A stretch of 58,048 nucleotides of DNA, taken from the IMG/VR virus record IMGVR_UViG_3300037519_000101. One strand, written 5' to 3'. This stretch comes from an uncultured virus (IMG/VR IMGVR_UViG_3300037519_000101). Its lineage: Duplodnaviria; Heunggongvirae; Uroviricota; Caudoviricetes. Positions within the stretch are counted from its first letter, which is position 1. Each line of letters begins with the position of its first letter. The notes under the pieces were generated by a model that saw nothing but the letters and a program-made list of their open reading frames with translations, was not told the origin of the DNA and ran no database searches. Positions 39,026 through 47,529 of this stretch are shown piece by piece. Position numbers and translations under genes: made by a program.

Positions 39026-40891
39026 CTATTTCTTTTTAATTACTATTTTGTTGTCTTTAATATAATGCATTAAAGCATTAACCTCATCTACAAGATACGG
39101 AATTACCATGGGAATTACATCTTTTATTACAGGATCTCCATTATGATCAAGTTTAATAACTGGATATCCATATTCATCTTCAGACTCTACTTCAAATACA
39201 ACATGGTGAATAAACATTTTTCCTGGTTTCAATTTAGGATTATGTTTAAGCATGATGTACATGTAGATACTTAACTGAATTGCATAATGATTAAAGTTAC
39301 AATCATCTAAACCATCTAATGGAAATTGTAATTTATCTGAAGCTCCTTCCCAGTTTACAAAAGATTCTTTCTTGATCTCTTTGTTAGTATTATGAGTTTT
39401 AATATAATTTTTTCCTGCTAAATAACTATGTGTTTTACTTTTTACTGATAAGCATTTAGTAGCAACAGTCGGTATTAATTCAATTGATTTAATTAATCTA
39501 TAACTGTCTCTAGTATATTTATTAAAAGATTTCATGTCTAAATGTATATCTTTATTTCTTGTTAAAAAAGGACTAAATGTATCAATTCTAAATGTAGCAT
39601 GATAGGCAGGTTTTTTTATTTTATTATATGTTGTATAAGTATAATGTAATGTAGCTTTAATACCTAAACTACTAGCTATTTGAACAACAGCTTCTGCTTG
39701 CCATTTTTGTGTTGTATTAACTACACATGACTTTCTTTTACTATTATAATGACCATCTGAATCCATTAAACCTCTTAACAAATCCAATCTTTGGGTATAA
39801 GATGCTGTTAAATATAATTCAGGTAAATGTTTATTATCAATAAGATTTAATTTTTTTAATATTGGATATATATCTAATATAGTTTTAGTTTGTGCTTTAC
39901 CACAACCACCTTTAGATATATCTTTTCCTAAAACATAACCTCTACGTTCAATTTCTAACCATGTATCATTATTCATATTAGTTAAAGCTCCACACTGTTT
40001 TGAACCATCACCTAACCATAAACCTAATACATATGGATCAAGCGGTAATTCTTTAAATTTATTTTCAATACTTGTACAAGAAATTCTTAGTATTTCATTT
40101 TTATTTTTTTTATGTAATAACTGTTCAGTTGTATATTCTTTTTCAATATAAGACACTGTATAAGATTTTGTATTATATACACCTTTAGTTATTCTTTCTG
40201 TTATTAACCATTTATGTTCATGATCACAAATTAATTCATCATTAGTATTAAATTTAATTTTATAACAAGGGTTATGATGTATTTCAGAAACATGTTCTAC
40301 TTTAGTAGGTTTTCCGTTACCATCATATATGATATCCCCTATCTGAATATCTTTTATAAATTTAAAACCTTTAATTGTTGGTATAGGAGTATCTAAAGCT
40401 AAACCTTTATAGTCAATGATGTTTATTTTACCATTCACCACTTCAACTAAATCTGATTGACCGCAGATACCTGCAGATTTAAGATATACCATATGTTCCG
40501 GATATACTCCTTCTTCTAGCTTCTGACTAGGTGCAAGTTTTATACCACTTTCTGTTGTTTCATTAGGAATAAAAATAGGTATGTTTTTTCCATCAACTTC
40601 AAGAGATGATAATGCACAAAGATCCGCTTCTCTCTGATTGTGATAATATGTTCCCATAGTCACAGCTCTTTCAGATTCAGTTTCCCAAATCTCTTGTATC
40701 TTCTTTGGATCAATACCAAACCATTTAGATCTCTTATTCTTAGAAACTTTTGCAGCAATAGATTTAGCATCAAAAGGTTTTTTAAAGTGAGCAACTAAAG
40801 TTGTTACACTTATCCAATTAACTTTATCTTCAGCTTCTAAGCTTTTGTAAGTATGATCTGTTGCACTAAAGTATATACTCATAACCTTCAT
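39026..40891 (-). CDS. PD-(D/E)xK exonuclease-like protein containing an intein
   Basis: SVTT, GTYYH, E..V..ICGQSDL..IIDYK|TNK, YAIQLSIY. Confidence 0.85.
   Translation of the reverse strand: MKVMSIYFSATDHTYKSLEAEDKVNWISVTTLVAHFKKPFDAKSIAAKVSKNKRSKWFGIDPKKIQEIWETESERAVTMGTYYHNQREADLCALSSLEVDGKNIPIFIPNETTESGIKLAPSQKLEEGVYPEHMVYLKSAGICGQSDLVEVVNGKINIIDYKGLALDTPIPTIKGFKFIKDIQIGDIIYDGNGKPTKVEHVSEIHHNPCYKIKFNTNDELICDHEHKWLITERITKGVYNTKSYTVSYIEKEYTTEQLLHKKNKNEILRISCTSIENKFKELPLDPYVLGLWLGDGSKQCGALTNMNNDTWLEIERRGYVLGKDISKGGCGKAQTKTILDIYPILKKLNLIDNKHLPELYLTASYTQRLDLLRGLMDSDGHYNSKRKSCVVNTTQKWQAEAVVQIASSLGIKATLHYTYTTYNKIKKPAYHATFRIDTFSPFLTRNKDIHLDMKSFNKYTRDSYRLIKSIELIPTVATKCLSVKSKTHSYLAGKNYIKTHNTNKEIKKESFVNWEGASDKLQFPLDGLDDCNFNHYAIQLSIYMYIMLKHNPKLKPGKMFIHHVVFEVESEDEYGYPVIKLDHNGDPVIKDVIPMVIPYLVDEVNALMHYIKDNKIVIKKK
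39389..40405 (-). mobile_element. Class-3-type intein (339 aa) with LAGLIDADG homing endonuclease
   Basis: Starts GLALDTPIPT; block B CDHEHKW; LGLWLGDG and LRGLMDSDG; block F TKCLSV; ends KTHN/T. Confidence 0.88.
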
Positions 40892-41231
40892 TTTTTAAAA
40901 TTACACATGCTAGTTCTTTTGATGCTTCATCATTAGACTCTAGCATGTTTTTAATATTATCAGTTTCTTCTTTTGTAAACTTACCTTCAAACACAAGTAA
41001 TCTAAGAAATATTGAAACACTATTTCTTTCTATTTGTCTAAGGTATTCTGCTGTAATTTTTTTAGCACCCTTTTCATCACTAAGCATTATACAAGGTTCA
41101 GCAGAACTAGTCGTTGGCACCCATTCACCAATGATAGATGATACATCAACATCTGTAAGTAATGATGGTTGATTTATACCACCTATTGCATACTTACCAG
41201 TATCATTTAAGTGCGTCAAGTTTGTCTTCAT
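40866..41231 (-). CDS. Hypothetical protein (start uncertain)
   Basis: ORF overlapping both neighbours in the operon. Confidence 0.55.
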   Translation of the reverse strand: MKTNLTHLNDTGKYAIGGINQPSLLTDVDVSSIIGEWVPTTSSAEPCIMLSDEKGAKKITAEYLRQIERNSVSIFLRLLVFEGKFTKEETDNIKNMLESNDEASKELACVILKNEGYEYIL

Positions 41232-41508
41232 CTTCTTCTGATATTACGGCTTTCCATCTTAAATCAGGACAATCTGATGAAAGAGATCTTACTTTAAATT
41301 TTAATGAGCATCCACATAATTGACAACATGGTTGTGATCCTGTTAAAGCACAAGAGTCACCTTTATCATCTTTTCTTACACATGCGTTACAATGTTGCAT
41401 TCTAGCTGCAGCTATCTCCTCAACAAATCTATCTCTTATAATGGAATTTTTAACACCTTCCATGATTTGGGTTCTATTCTTCCAAATCTCTTTTAAGTTT
41501 GGCTTCAT
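41203..41508 (-). CDS. Cys-rich zinc-finger protein (start revised to 41508)
   Basis: ARMQHCNAC..C..CCQLCGCSL.FKVRSLSSDCP..W. Confidence 0.7.
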   Translation of the reverse strand: MKPNLKEIWKNRTQIMEGVKNSIIRDRFVEEIAAARMQHCNACVRKDDKGDSCALTGSQPCCQLCGCSLKFKVRSLSSDCPDLRWKAVISEEDEDKLDALK

Positions 41509-41863
41509 CTTTAGATTTTTTAAAATTAGTTTTTCTTTCTTCTTCTTTAACAATCATCTCATGCAGATTCTTCATTGCCTCAACTTTTATTTCTAAAACT
41601 TTTTTATGTTGATATGCGGCAAATGTTGATGTGTCATGAGTGATTAGTTTTGTTTCTATAGTTTCAATACCTTTTTTAATAGCATATGGTTTAGCTACAA
41701 ATTGTCCTAAGCCATCTACATTAATTCTAGGATGAGATAAGTTAGTAAGATTTTTCTTTAATGTTTTATATACATATTCAATTAAATCTTCTACTAAATT
41801 ATGATCAACTTCTAATTCCTCAGAAATTGTTTTATACAGGTTGACTGCTTTCTTCGGATTCAT
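41474..41863 (-). CDS. HU/IHF-like DNA-binding protein
   Basis: Helix-turn-helix followed by RINVDGLGQFVAK. Confidence 0.6.
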   Translation of the reverse strand: MNPKKAVNLYKTISEELEVDHNLVEDLIEYVYKTLKKNLTNLSHPRINVDGLGQFVAKPYAIKKGIETIETKLITHDTSTFAAYQHKKVLEIKVEAMKNLHEMIVKEEERKTNFKKSKDEAKLKRDLEE

Positions 41864-42221
41864 AACCTAATAATTTATAATCAAGTAAAATTGTACCTGC
41901 TGTTTGTATTTTCAATGCTGGATTTAACATAACTTGTTTTTTATTATTTGGATCTTTTACTATTAATCCATTCTTCTCAGCTTTGTTTATACAGTTTCTA
42001 ACAGTTTGTGGAGATTTAAATATCCAGTCATCTTCTGAAGATGCATCATAACAAAAATGAGTAAGCTCTATTGGTTGATTAAAACTTAATAGAGTTAAAC
42101 AGTTTAAATCAGACTCACTCATCACTATACGGTTAATATAGCAATGAGTTAGTATCTGAAATTTAACCACATCCCATTTAGGCATCTTAACCTTTTTCTG
42201 AACTTGGTTAACTGTTGCCAT
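41832..42221 (-). CDS. Winged-helix DNA-binding protein
   Basis: SPQTVRNCINKAEKNGLIVK..VMLNP. Confidence 0.55.
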   Translation of the reverse strand: MATVNQVQKKVKMPKWDVVKFQILTHCYINRIVMSESDLNCLTLLSFNQPIELTHFCYDASSEDDWIFKSPQTVRNCINKAEKNGLIVKDPNNKKQVMLNPALKIQTAGTILLDYKLLGYESEESSQPV

Positions 42222-42223
42222 GC

Positions 42224-42535
42224 TTATGATCTTTTAAGTTTTCTTTCTGCTGTAGGAGAAGTTTGTTCCGCAGTTTCTTTTTCCTTTTTCTTTTCTTCAG
42301 GATCATCCTCACGGTCACTAGTATCTTGTTCTTGTTGTGCTGCCATAATGTTAGCCCACTGAATTTGAATAGTTGCTCTCTTAAATCTTGCTTCCTCAAT
42401 TTCAGTTAAGAACTTTTCATACTTTGCTTGTGACTCTAAGTAAGGTAATGAATCATCATAAAATGCTTTCATTTCTTCTTTTCTTGCAGCTAACTCCTCT
42501 TGAGTTAATTCTTGCTCTTCATGTTGGTTTGACAT
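42224..42535 (-). CDS. Coiled-coil hypothetical protein
   Basis: First gene after the TATCTTTG promoter element. Confidence 0.7.
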   Translation of the reverse strand: MSNQHEEQELTQEELAARKEEMKAFYDDSLPYLESQAKYEKFLTEIEEARFKRATIQIQWANIMAAQQEQDTSDREDDPEEKKKEKETAEQTSPTAERKLKRS

Positions 42536-42558
42536 AATTTATACTTTTTAAGTTTAAA

Positions 42559-42566
42559 CAAAGATA
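42559..42566 (-). promoter_or_regulatory. Bacteroidota -7 promoter element TATCTTTG
   Basis: Matches TAnnTTTG; lies between a terminator and ATG 42535. Confidence 0.6.
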
Positions 42567-42593
42567 CTAATAAAGTTTAAATCTATTATGTTT

Positions 42594-42629
42594 AAAACAA
42601 AAAATCCAGATGTTTAATACACCTGGATT
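42594..42629 (-). terminator. Rho-independent terminator after lysis genes
   Basis: AATCCAGGTGT-ATTAA-ACATCTGGATT then TTTTGTTTT. Confidence 0.75.
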
Positions 42630-42657
42630 ATAGTAATGTGAATTACGGTAATCTGTA

Positions 42658-42816
42658 TTACCTATTCTTAATTGTAAAGTTTAATATAGTAAGTGAGTAA
42701 AAGTCTCTAGTCACATCTATTTCTACACTAAATAAATCAAGACTTGATATTCTTAATTTTAAAATTAATTTATCCCACTGTTTAGTTGGGGATTTCCAAT
42801 TGTTTCTAAATTTCAT
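42658..42816 (-). CDS. Small protein, 52 aa, coupled to the lysin (not in ORF track)
   Basis: ATGA overlap with the lysin stop; MKFRNNWKSPTKQWDKLILKLRISSLDLFSVEIDVTRDFYSLTILNFTIKNR. Confidence 0.65.
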   Translation of the reverse strand: MKFRNNWKSPTKQWDKLILKLRISSLDLFSVEIDVTRDFYSLTILNFTIKNR

Positions 42817-43406
42817 ACTTCAAATTCATTTAATAAAACATAAGTAACTTTCTTTTGTGGTTTCACAAGTTTAATAATTTCTAAATGTTTTTGTTTATTA
42901 TTAACTACCTGACAACCTGCAGACCAGTTACCAATATTTTCTTGAAGACCTTTAAAGTTACTGTCATAAGTAGCAGCATGGAAGTTAATACCATAACCAG
43001 AGCCCTTAATAGGAATCCCAATTTCTTCTGATTTTTCATCTCCATCTCCATCACGGAATACAATAAAGTTACCTACTTGTTTTAATGCCGGCATTTTACC
43101 CATATGAAGACCATAACTCCATACATCATAATACCATTCATTTGCTTTAAGGACAGCAGCTCCTAGTTTATTATACTTTAAGAAACCTCCTTCTAGAATT
43201 GGTGTACCTGGATTTGTAGTACCTGTTGTTACTGTTACAAAAAGTTCACCATTAAATAAATAAAATTTATCATCAAACTTATTTGCTGCATCTTCATTAG
43301 ATCTTATTCCAAGTATCCAATAACCTTGAGGAACACTTTTAAATGATGGTAAAGATTTTACTTTATTTAGTAATTCTTTATCATTATAGGTTCTTACATT
43401 TGTCAT
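42813..43406 (-). CDS. Putative endolysin, L,D-transpeptidase (YkuD)-like Cys peptidase
   Basis: GINFH..WSAGCQV His/Cys motif; adjacent to holin-like genes. Confidence 0.7.
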   Translation of the reverse strand: MTNVRTYNDKELLNKVKSLPSFKSVPQGYWILGIRSNEDAANKFDDKFYLFNGELFVTVTTGTTNPGTPILEGGFLKYNKLGAAVLKANEWYYDVWSYGLHMGKMPALKQVGNFIVFRDGDGDEKSEEIGIPIKGSGYGINFHAATYDSNFKGLQENIGNWSAGCQVVNNKQKHLEIIKLVKPQKKVTYVLLNEFEV

Positions 43407-43417
43407 ACTTTAATTTT

Positions 43418-43645
43418 TTAATTTGCAACTTGAGAATCATCTACTGTTAACTGTGACATAGTAGCTATTAAACCTCCTCCAAACGCAGCATATCCAGCAA
43501 CTGTTACAATTATAGCTGGTAAAGATACTGGAGCTGTTGCTAATGCTGTTCCTACAGCAGTTAGAACTAATCCTATTCTTTGCACCTTTTTCCAAAACTT
43601 AGGTGTAGGTGCTTTAAATCTTTCTTTTAAACTTAGACTTTCCAT
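43418..43645 (-). CDS. Holin-like protein with two transmembrane segments
   Basis: RFKAPTPKFWKKV followed by two hydrophobic segments. Confidence 0.65.
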   Translation of the reverse strand: MESLSLKERFKAPTPKFWKKVQRIGLVLTAVGTALATAPVSLPAIIVTVAGYAAFGGGLIATMSQLTVDDSQVAN

Positions 43646-43649
43646 ATGA

Positions 43650-43949
43650 TTATTTATTGATTACAAACTGTCTTACAGCATCAGAAAGTTCACTGACATG
43701 CTTTGCAAGATTTTTAATTTCTAACTGAGTTTGTTCCTGTATCGCTTGATACTTTAGTCTTGCTTCTTGCTCAACTAACTCAATTTTACCTTTTAGTTTA
43801 CCAAGTTCTTCAGCGTGTACTCTAGAACCATTAAGTAAAATTTCAATGTCTTTTCTTGTATCATTGTATGCATTTCTTAAAAAGAAGCCTAATACTGTTA
43901 TAATAGTTGCTGCTACAAATAATACAATAGTTAATAATGATGAATCCAT
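43650..43949 (-). CDS. Membrane protein with N-terminal TM and coiled coil (lysis accessory; start revised to 43949)
   Basis: MDSSLLTIVLFVAATIITVLGFFL; the GTATATTA motif at 43979 lies inside the longer ORF call. Confidence 0.6.
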   Translation of the reverse strand: MDSSLLTIVLFVAATIITVLGFFLRNAYNDTRKDIEILLNGSRVHAEELGKLKGKIELVEQEARLKYQAIQEQTQLEIKNLAKHVSELSDAVRQFVINK

Positions 43950-44005
43950 GTATAATAAGTTTATAAAAATATATATAATAATATACAAAAAATTTTAAAC
44001 TAAAC

Positions 44006-44248
44006 CTATAAAAAATACGTATCTCTGACTTCTATAGGAACATTATCCATCTCCTGAAACTTCTCAAATAAGATAGGTCTCTGAGTAATAGCCAATTCAT
44101 AGATTTCATCTAATGCAGCTTGCTCATTGGGAAAAATAAAAAAGCTTGCAATATAATCTGATATCTCTGGATCAGATGGTCTTAAACATACATTAGCCTC
44201 TAAATCTGGCTCAATGAAATAACTTGTTGATAATGTAAACTGTTTCAT
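44006..44248 (-). CDS. Small acidic protein, possible fibre chaperone
   Basis: Directly follows a fibre-like gene. Confidence 0.55.
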   Translation of the reverse strand: MKQFTLSTSYFIEPDLEANVCLRPSDPEISDYIASFFIFPNEQAALDEIYELAITQRPILFEKFQEMDNVPIEVRDTYFL

Positions 44249-44250
44249 AA

Positions 44251-45249
44251 TTATAAAGAATAAACACCTAATCTATAAACATCAAATTGTCCTGAGTTAG
44301 TAATACCACCTCCGGATGTTCCCATAGTTCTTACACCAAAGAAATTTAAACCTGCTGTGGAGGCAGGTAAATTAGTTGATAAAGTTCCTTGTGCTACTGC
44401 ACCCGTTTCTTTGTTAACTATTCTATAAATAACATTTGATGATGCCGGAGCATTGTATAAGTAACAACTGTATATTGTTGTAATTGCTGCACCTGCAGTT
44501 CTATTTGATGGGAAACTTGCACCTAAATCAGTTTTAGTTGCTGTACCACTTGCATCATTGTGCATGATCTGTAAGTTAGCATCTCCTGAATCATTAGCAA
44601 AAGCAATGGTGTTAAGTAATGCGGAAGGCTGATCATTACTGCTACCACCAATTATTAAATCTGTTGTTGATGAAGCTAGACCCCAAAAGTTATGTGTACC
44701 AGCCGCAGTTCCTGTATCAGAAATATTAAATTCACCAGTGTATAAAAAACCACCAGTTACATACCATAATAAAACACCACCCCTTATACCAGAATATCTA
44801 CCCGTTGCAACTATTGATGCAGTAACACCCATTCTAATACCTCTTGTAGCATAAGATGTTGTTGCTACTGATCTTGCAGTATTTGTACCTGTTGTAGATA
44901 GAGTAAGACCTGCTGTACTATCAAATGTAGTTGAGTTATTTCTAAACGTGTGTCCTCTCCAAATTTCATTACCAGACATTTTAGGAATCAAAGATGATTC
45001 ATATGTTGGTATGTTTAAAGTATTTCCAACAAGAGTAGCAGCACCATTTGTACCTGTTGTAGTAACTGTCAGTCCTGTAAAAGTAATCCAAGATGTTCCA
45101 TCTGAATAATAATATTGACCAGACCAATACACTATTCTTTTAGTATTAGCACTTGCTAAATTAGAAGTAATATCTAATGTATCTGCTTTTAAATTATTGA
45201 TGTTATTCCCTTGAAGGTTAACATCAACAAAAAACTTCTTCTCTGCCAT
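44251..45249 (-). CDS. Fibre/receptor-binding-like protein (start revised to 45249)
   Basis: MAEKKFFVDVNLQG N-terminus shared with 45333..46793; LTVTTTGTNGAATLVGNTLNIP; beta-rich C-terminus. Confidence 0.65.
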   Translation of the reverse strand: MAEKKFFVDVNLQGNNINNLKADTLDITSNLASANTKRIVYWSGQYYYSDGTSWITFTGLTVTTTGTNGAATLVGNTLNIPTYESSLIPKMSGNEIWRGHTFRNNSTTFDSTAGLTLSTTGTNTARSVATTSYATRGIRMGVTASIVATGRYSGIRGGVLLWYVTGGFLYTGEFNISDTGTAAGTHNFWGLASSTTDLIIGGSSNDQPSALLNTIAFANDSGDANLQIMHNDASGTATKTDLGASFPSNRTAGAAITTIYSCYLYNAPASSNVIYRIVNKETGAVAQGTLSTNLPASTAGLNFFGVRTMGTSGGGITNSGQFDVYRLGVYSL

Positions 45250-45263
45250 ATTATTATTTTTTA

Positions 45264-45271
45264 CAAATATA
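45264..45271 (-). promoter_or_regulatory. TATATTTG -7 element
   Basis: Between a terminator and ATG 45249. Confidence 0.5.
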
Positions 45272-45279
45272 GTGTATTT

Positions 45280-45312
45280 AAAAAAACCCACCCCTATTAT
45301 GGAGTGGGTTTT
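45280..45312 (-). terminator. Rho-independent terminator
   Basis: AAAACCCACTCC-ATAATA-GGGGTGGGTTTT then TT. Confidence 0.75.
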
Positions 45313-45332
45313 AAGTTTATTATTTGATAGGA

Positions 45333-46793
45333 TTATTTAGCTTTCATAACAATAACCGCAGTATTACCTGTAGGTAAAATATTACTAAAAACCGTTACAT
45401 CATTTAGACTAACTGGTTTTGTTAACATTTCAATTACTTCTCTTTGATTGTTCATAACTTGAATTAATGGAAAAAATGAGTCAAGACCATGATTAAGTGT
45501 AAAGTAATAAGAACCATCTTCAAATAGCCAATCCTCAGAAGCAATACTTGTAAAACTTGACTGATCAGCAATTGCTGTATCAGTATAAGCATTAGCATTA
45601 GCTTCAGCTGTTGCAGCCGTAGTATCAACATAAGTTTTATTAGTAGCATCACCTCCCTCTGTTGGGGCTGCTAAGTTGATAGCTTTTGTTGAATTTTGAA
45701 AATCTAATGGTTGAAATAATTTAATATCTGCATTAGTACTAGATCTTATAGTATTAAAATGACCCTCATCACCAGCAAGAGTATTAGCGCCATAAACAGC
45801 ATTACCATTCATATTAATAGCCCCACTCATATCACCACCAGCTAAATTCAATTTAGTAGCAAGTCCTGTATTAGTGTAAGCATTAGCATCAGTTAATGCT
45901 TGAGCAGCAGCACCTGCAGCATCATAGTTAGGAGCTAATGAATCAGCGTAAGCTTCAGCAGCAGCTTGTGCAGCATCTGCTTTTGTAGTAGCGTCAGCAG
46001 AAGCAGTAGCTTCAGCGTTAGCTTGTGCAGTTGAAGCAGTAGTATCAACATAAGTTTTATTAGCTGCGTCCCCACCATCGGTTGGTGCTGGTAAATCGGA
46101 AATAATTTGTCCATCTGCATTTAAAGGAGTAATTAAAGTAATAACTGGATAATCAGAACCTAATTCTCTTACATTTAATACTTGAACAGTATTAATATTG
46201 TTACCAGCCATATCAATCTCACCACTCATAGTACCACCAGCAAGAGGTAATTTGCTAGAAATCTCAGGAGTAATTTGAGCATCAATTTTACCTTGTAATG
46301 TAGCAGGAGTAATAACTACTGCACCACCTTCAGTACCATCATTAGCTTCAGTTTGTGTAGCTAAACGAGAGATACCATCAACTGAATCAGTTGCAATAAC
46401 AATGTTACCTTGTAAAATCAACCAGTCTGCAATTGTTGCACCAGCATTATCAACTTTAGCAATAATTGAATCACCAACTTGTACAGACTCTCCTAAGAAA
46501 GTACCTGCTGCAGTTGCTGCCCAAAAGAAACCTTTATAAGCTGTACCATCTGTAATGTCAGGAGTATCCGTTGTTGGATCATATCCACCTTGGAAAATCA
46601 AACCACCTGTTACAGCTGCAACATCAGCTAAGTTAGCTACTTCTTCAATAGCAGTACCATTGAAATATTTTAATCTTGTTCCGTCAAATCCAAATGAACC
46701 AGCTTTGGTTAAGCTTGAATTTGTTCCAATTGTTGCGTTAGTTAACGCACTACCTTGTAGATTAATGTCTACAAAAAACTTTTTTTCTGCCAT
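45333..46793 (-). CDS. Fibre protein with Ala-rich coiled coil
   Basis: LAGGxMSGxIxM and PTxGGDAxNKTYVD repeats; C-terminal HGL module. Confidence 0.7.
   Translation of the reverse strand: MAEKKFFVDINLQGSALTNATIGTNSSLTKAGSFGFDGTRLKYFNGTAIEEVANLADVAAVTGGLIFQGGYDPTTDTPDITDGTAYKGFFWAATAAGTFLGESVQVGDSIIAKVDNAGATIADWLILQGNIVIATDSVDGISRLATQTEANDGTEGGAVVITPATLQGKIDAQITPEISSKLPLAGGTMSGEIDMAGNNINTVQVLNVRELGSDYPVITLITPLNADGQIISDLPAPTDGGDAANKTYVDTTASTAQANAEATASADATTKADAAQAAAEAYADSLAPNYDAAGAAAQALTDANAYTNTGLATKLNLAGGDMSGAINMNGNAVYGANTLAGDEGHFNTIRSSTNADIKLFQPLDFQNSTKAINLAAPTEGGDATNKTYVDTTAATAEANANAYTDTAIADQSSFTSIASEDWLFEDGSYYFTLNHGLDSFFPLIQVMNNQREVIEMLTKPVSLNDVTVFSNILPTGNTAVIVMKAK
45619..46063. repeat. 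25-bp direct repeat (45619-45643 / 46039-46063) within the fibre gene
   Basis: gtagtatcaacataagttttattag twice, 420 bp apart; encodes NKTYVDT. Confidence 0.8.
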
Positions 46794-46850
46794 TTTGTTT
46801 TGTTTTTTAGTTTAAATTTAAGTTATAATATAATATACAATTTTATTTTA

Positions 46851-47102
46851 TTAATTACAATAAACATATCCAGAAACTGGAATATTAAATGTTATGTTTA
46901 CAGTGTTGTTATTTATCCAGTCAATCTGAGCAATTATTTCATTTTTATCCTCATCAACTACCTGCACAGAACATTTAGTATTTAGATTATGATTAACAAC
47001 CCATATGGTTTCTGGAACAGATTGAGTATGTACATAACTTATGTCTTGAAGTGAGTTTACAAGATCAAACTCACCAGATACTGGATTGTATTTATTTTTC
47101 AT
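46851..47102 (-). CDS. Small fibre-associated protein
   Basis: YVHTQS..WVVNHNLN..VQVVD..F..PVSGYVYCN. Confidence 0.65.
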   Translation of the reverse strand: MKNKYNPVSGEFDLVNSLQDISYVHTQSVPETIWVVNHNLNTKCSVQVVDEDKNEIIAQIDWINNNTVNITFNIPVSGYVYCN

Positions 47103-47104
47103 AA

Positions 47105-47470
47105 TTATGAATATTGAATTTGTGTTACATTTCCATTTACGTCATATGTAAGAGTTTCTATAATAGTTTCTGCACCATACTCAGTAGTTCCTGTATGAGT
47201 AACACTTGTAACATCATTATTACCATTATAAACTAAAACTCTATTGTAATTTGATGAACCTTGAATCCTACTTATTTTAGATATAGAATTCTTTTTAATT
47301 ATTTCTATAAAAGCCTCTACTATTAAGAGGGTTGTTTCTGAAGCAACACCACCTGCAGGTACAATATTAGAAAGGCCATTCACTATCTGTTGAAGACCTA
47401 GTAAAGTTTTCATTTGATATGGGAAATTATTTCCTTGATTTCCTGTATCTTTTAAGTTTCCTATTGACAT
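47105..47470 (-). CDS. Structural protein sharing its N-terminus with 49587..50012
   Basis: MSIGNLKDTGNQGNNFPYQ; C-terminal LTYDVNGNVTQI. Confidence 0.65.
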   Translation of the reverse strand: MSIGNLKDTGNQGNNFPYQMKTLLGLQQIVNGLSNIVPAGGVASETTLLIVEAFIEIIKKNSISKISRIQGSSNYNRVLVYNGNNDVTSVTHTGTTEYGAETIIETLTYDVNGNVTQIQYS

Positions 47471-47529
47471 TATTTTTATTTTTAATTAAACTGATCTTTA
47501 ATTTTTATACAGACATTATCCAATTGCTT

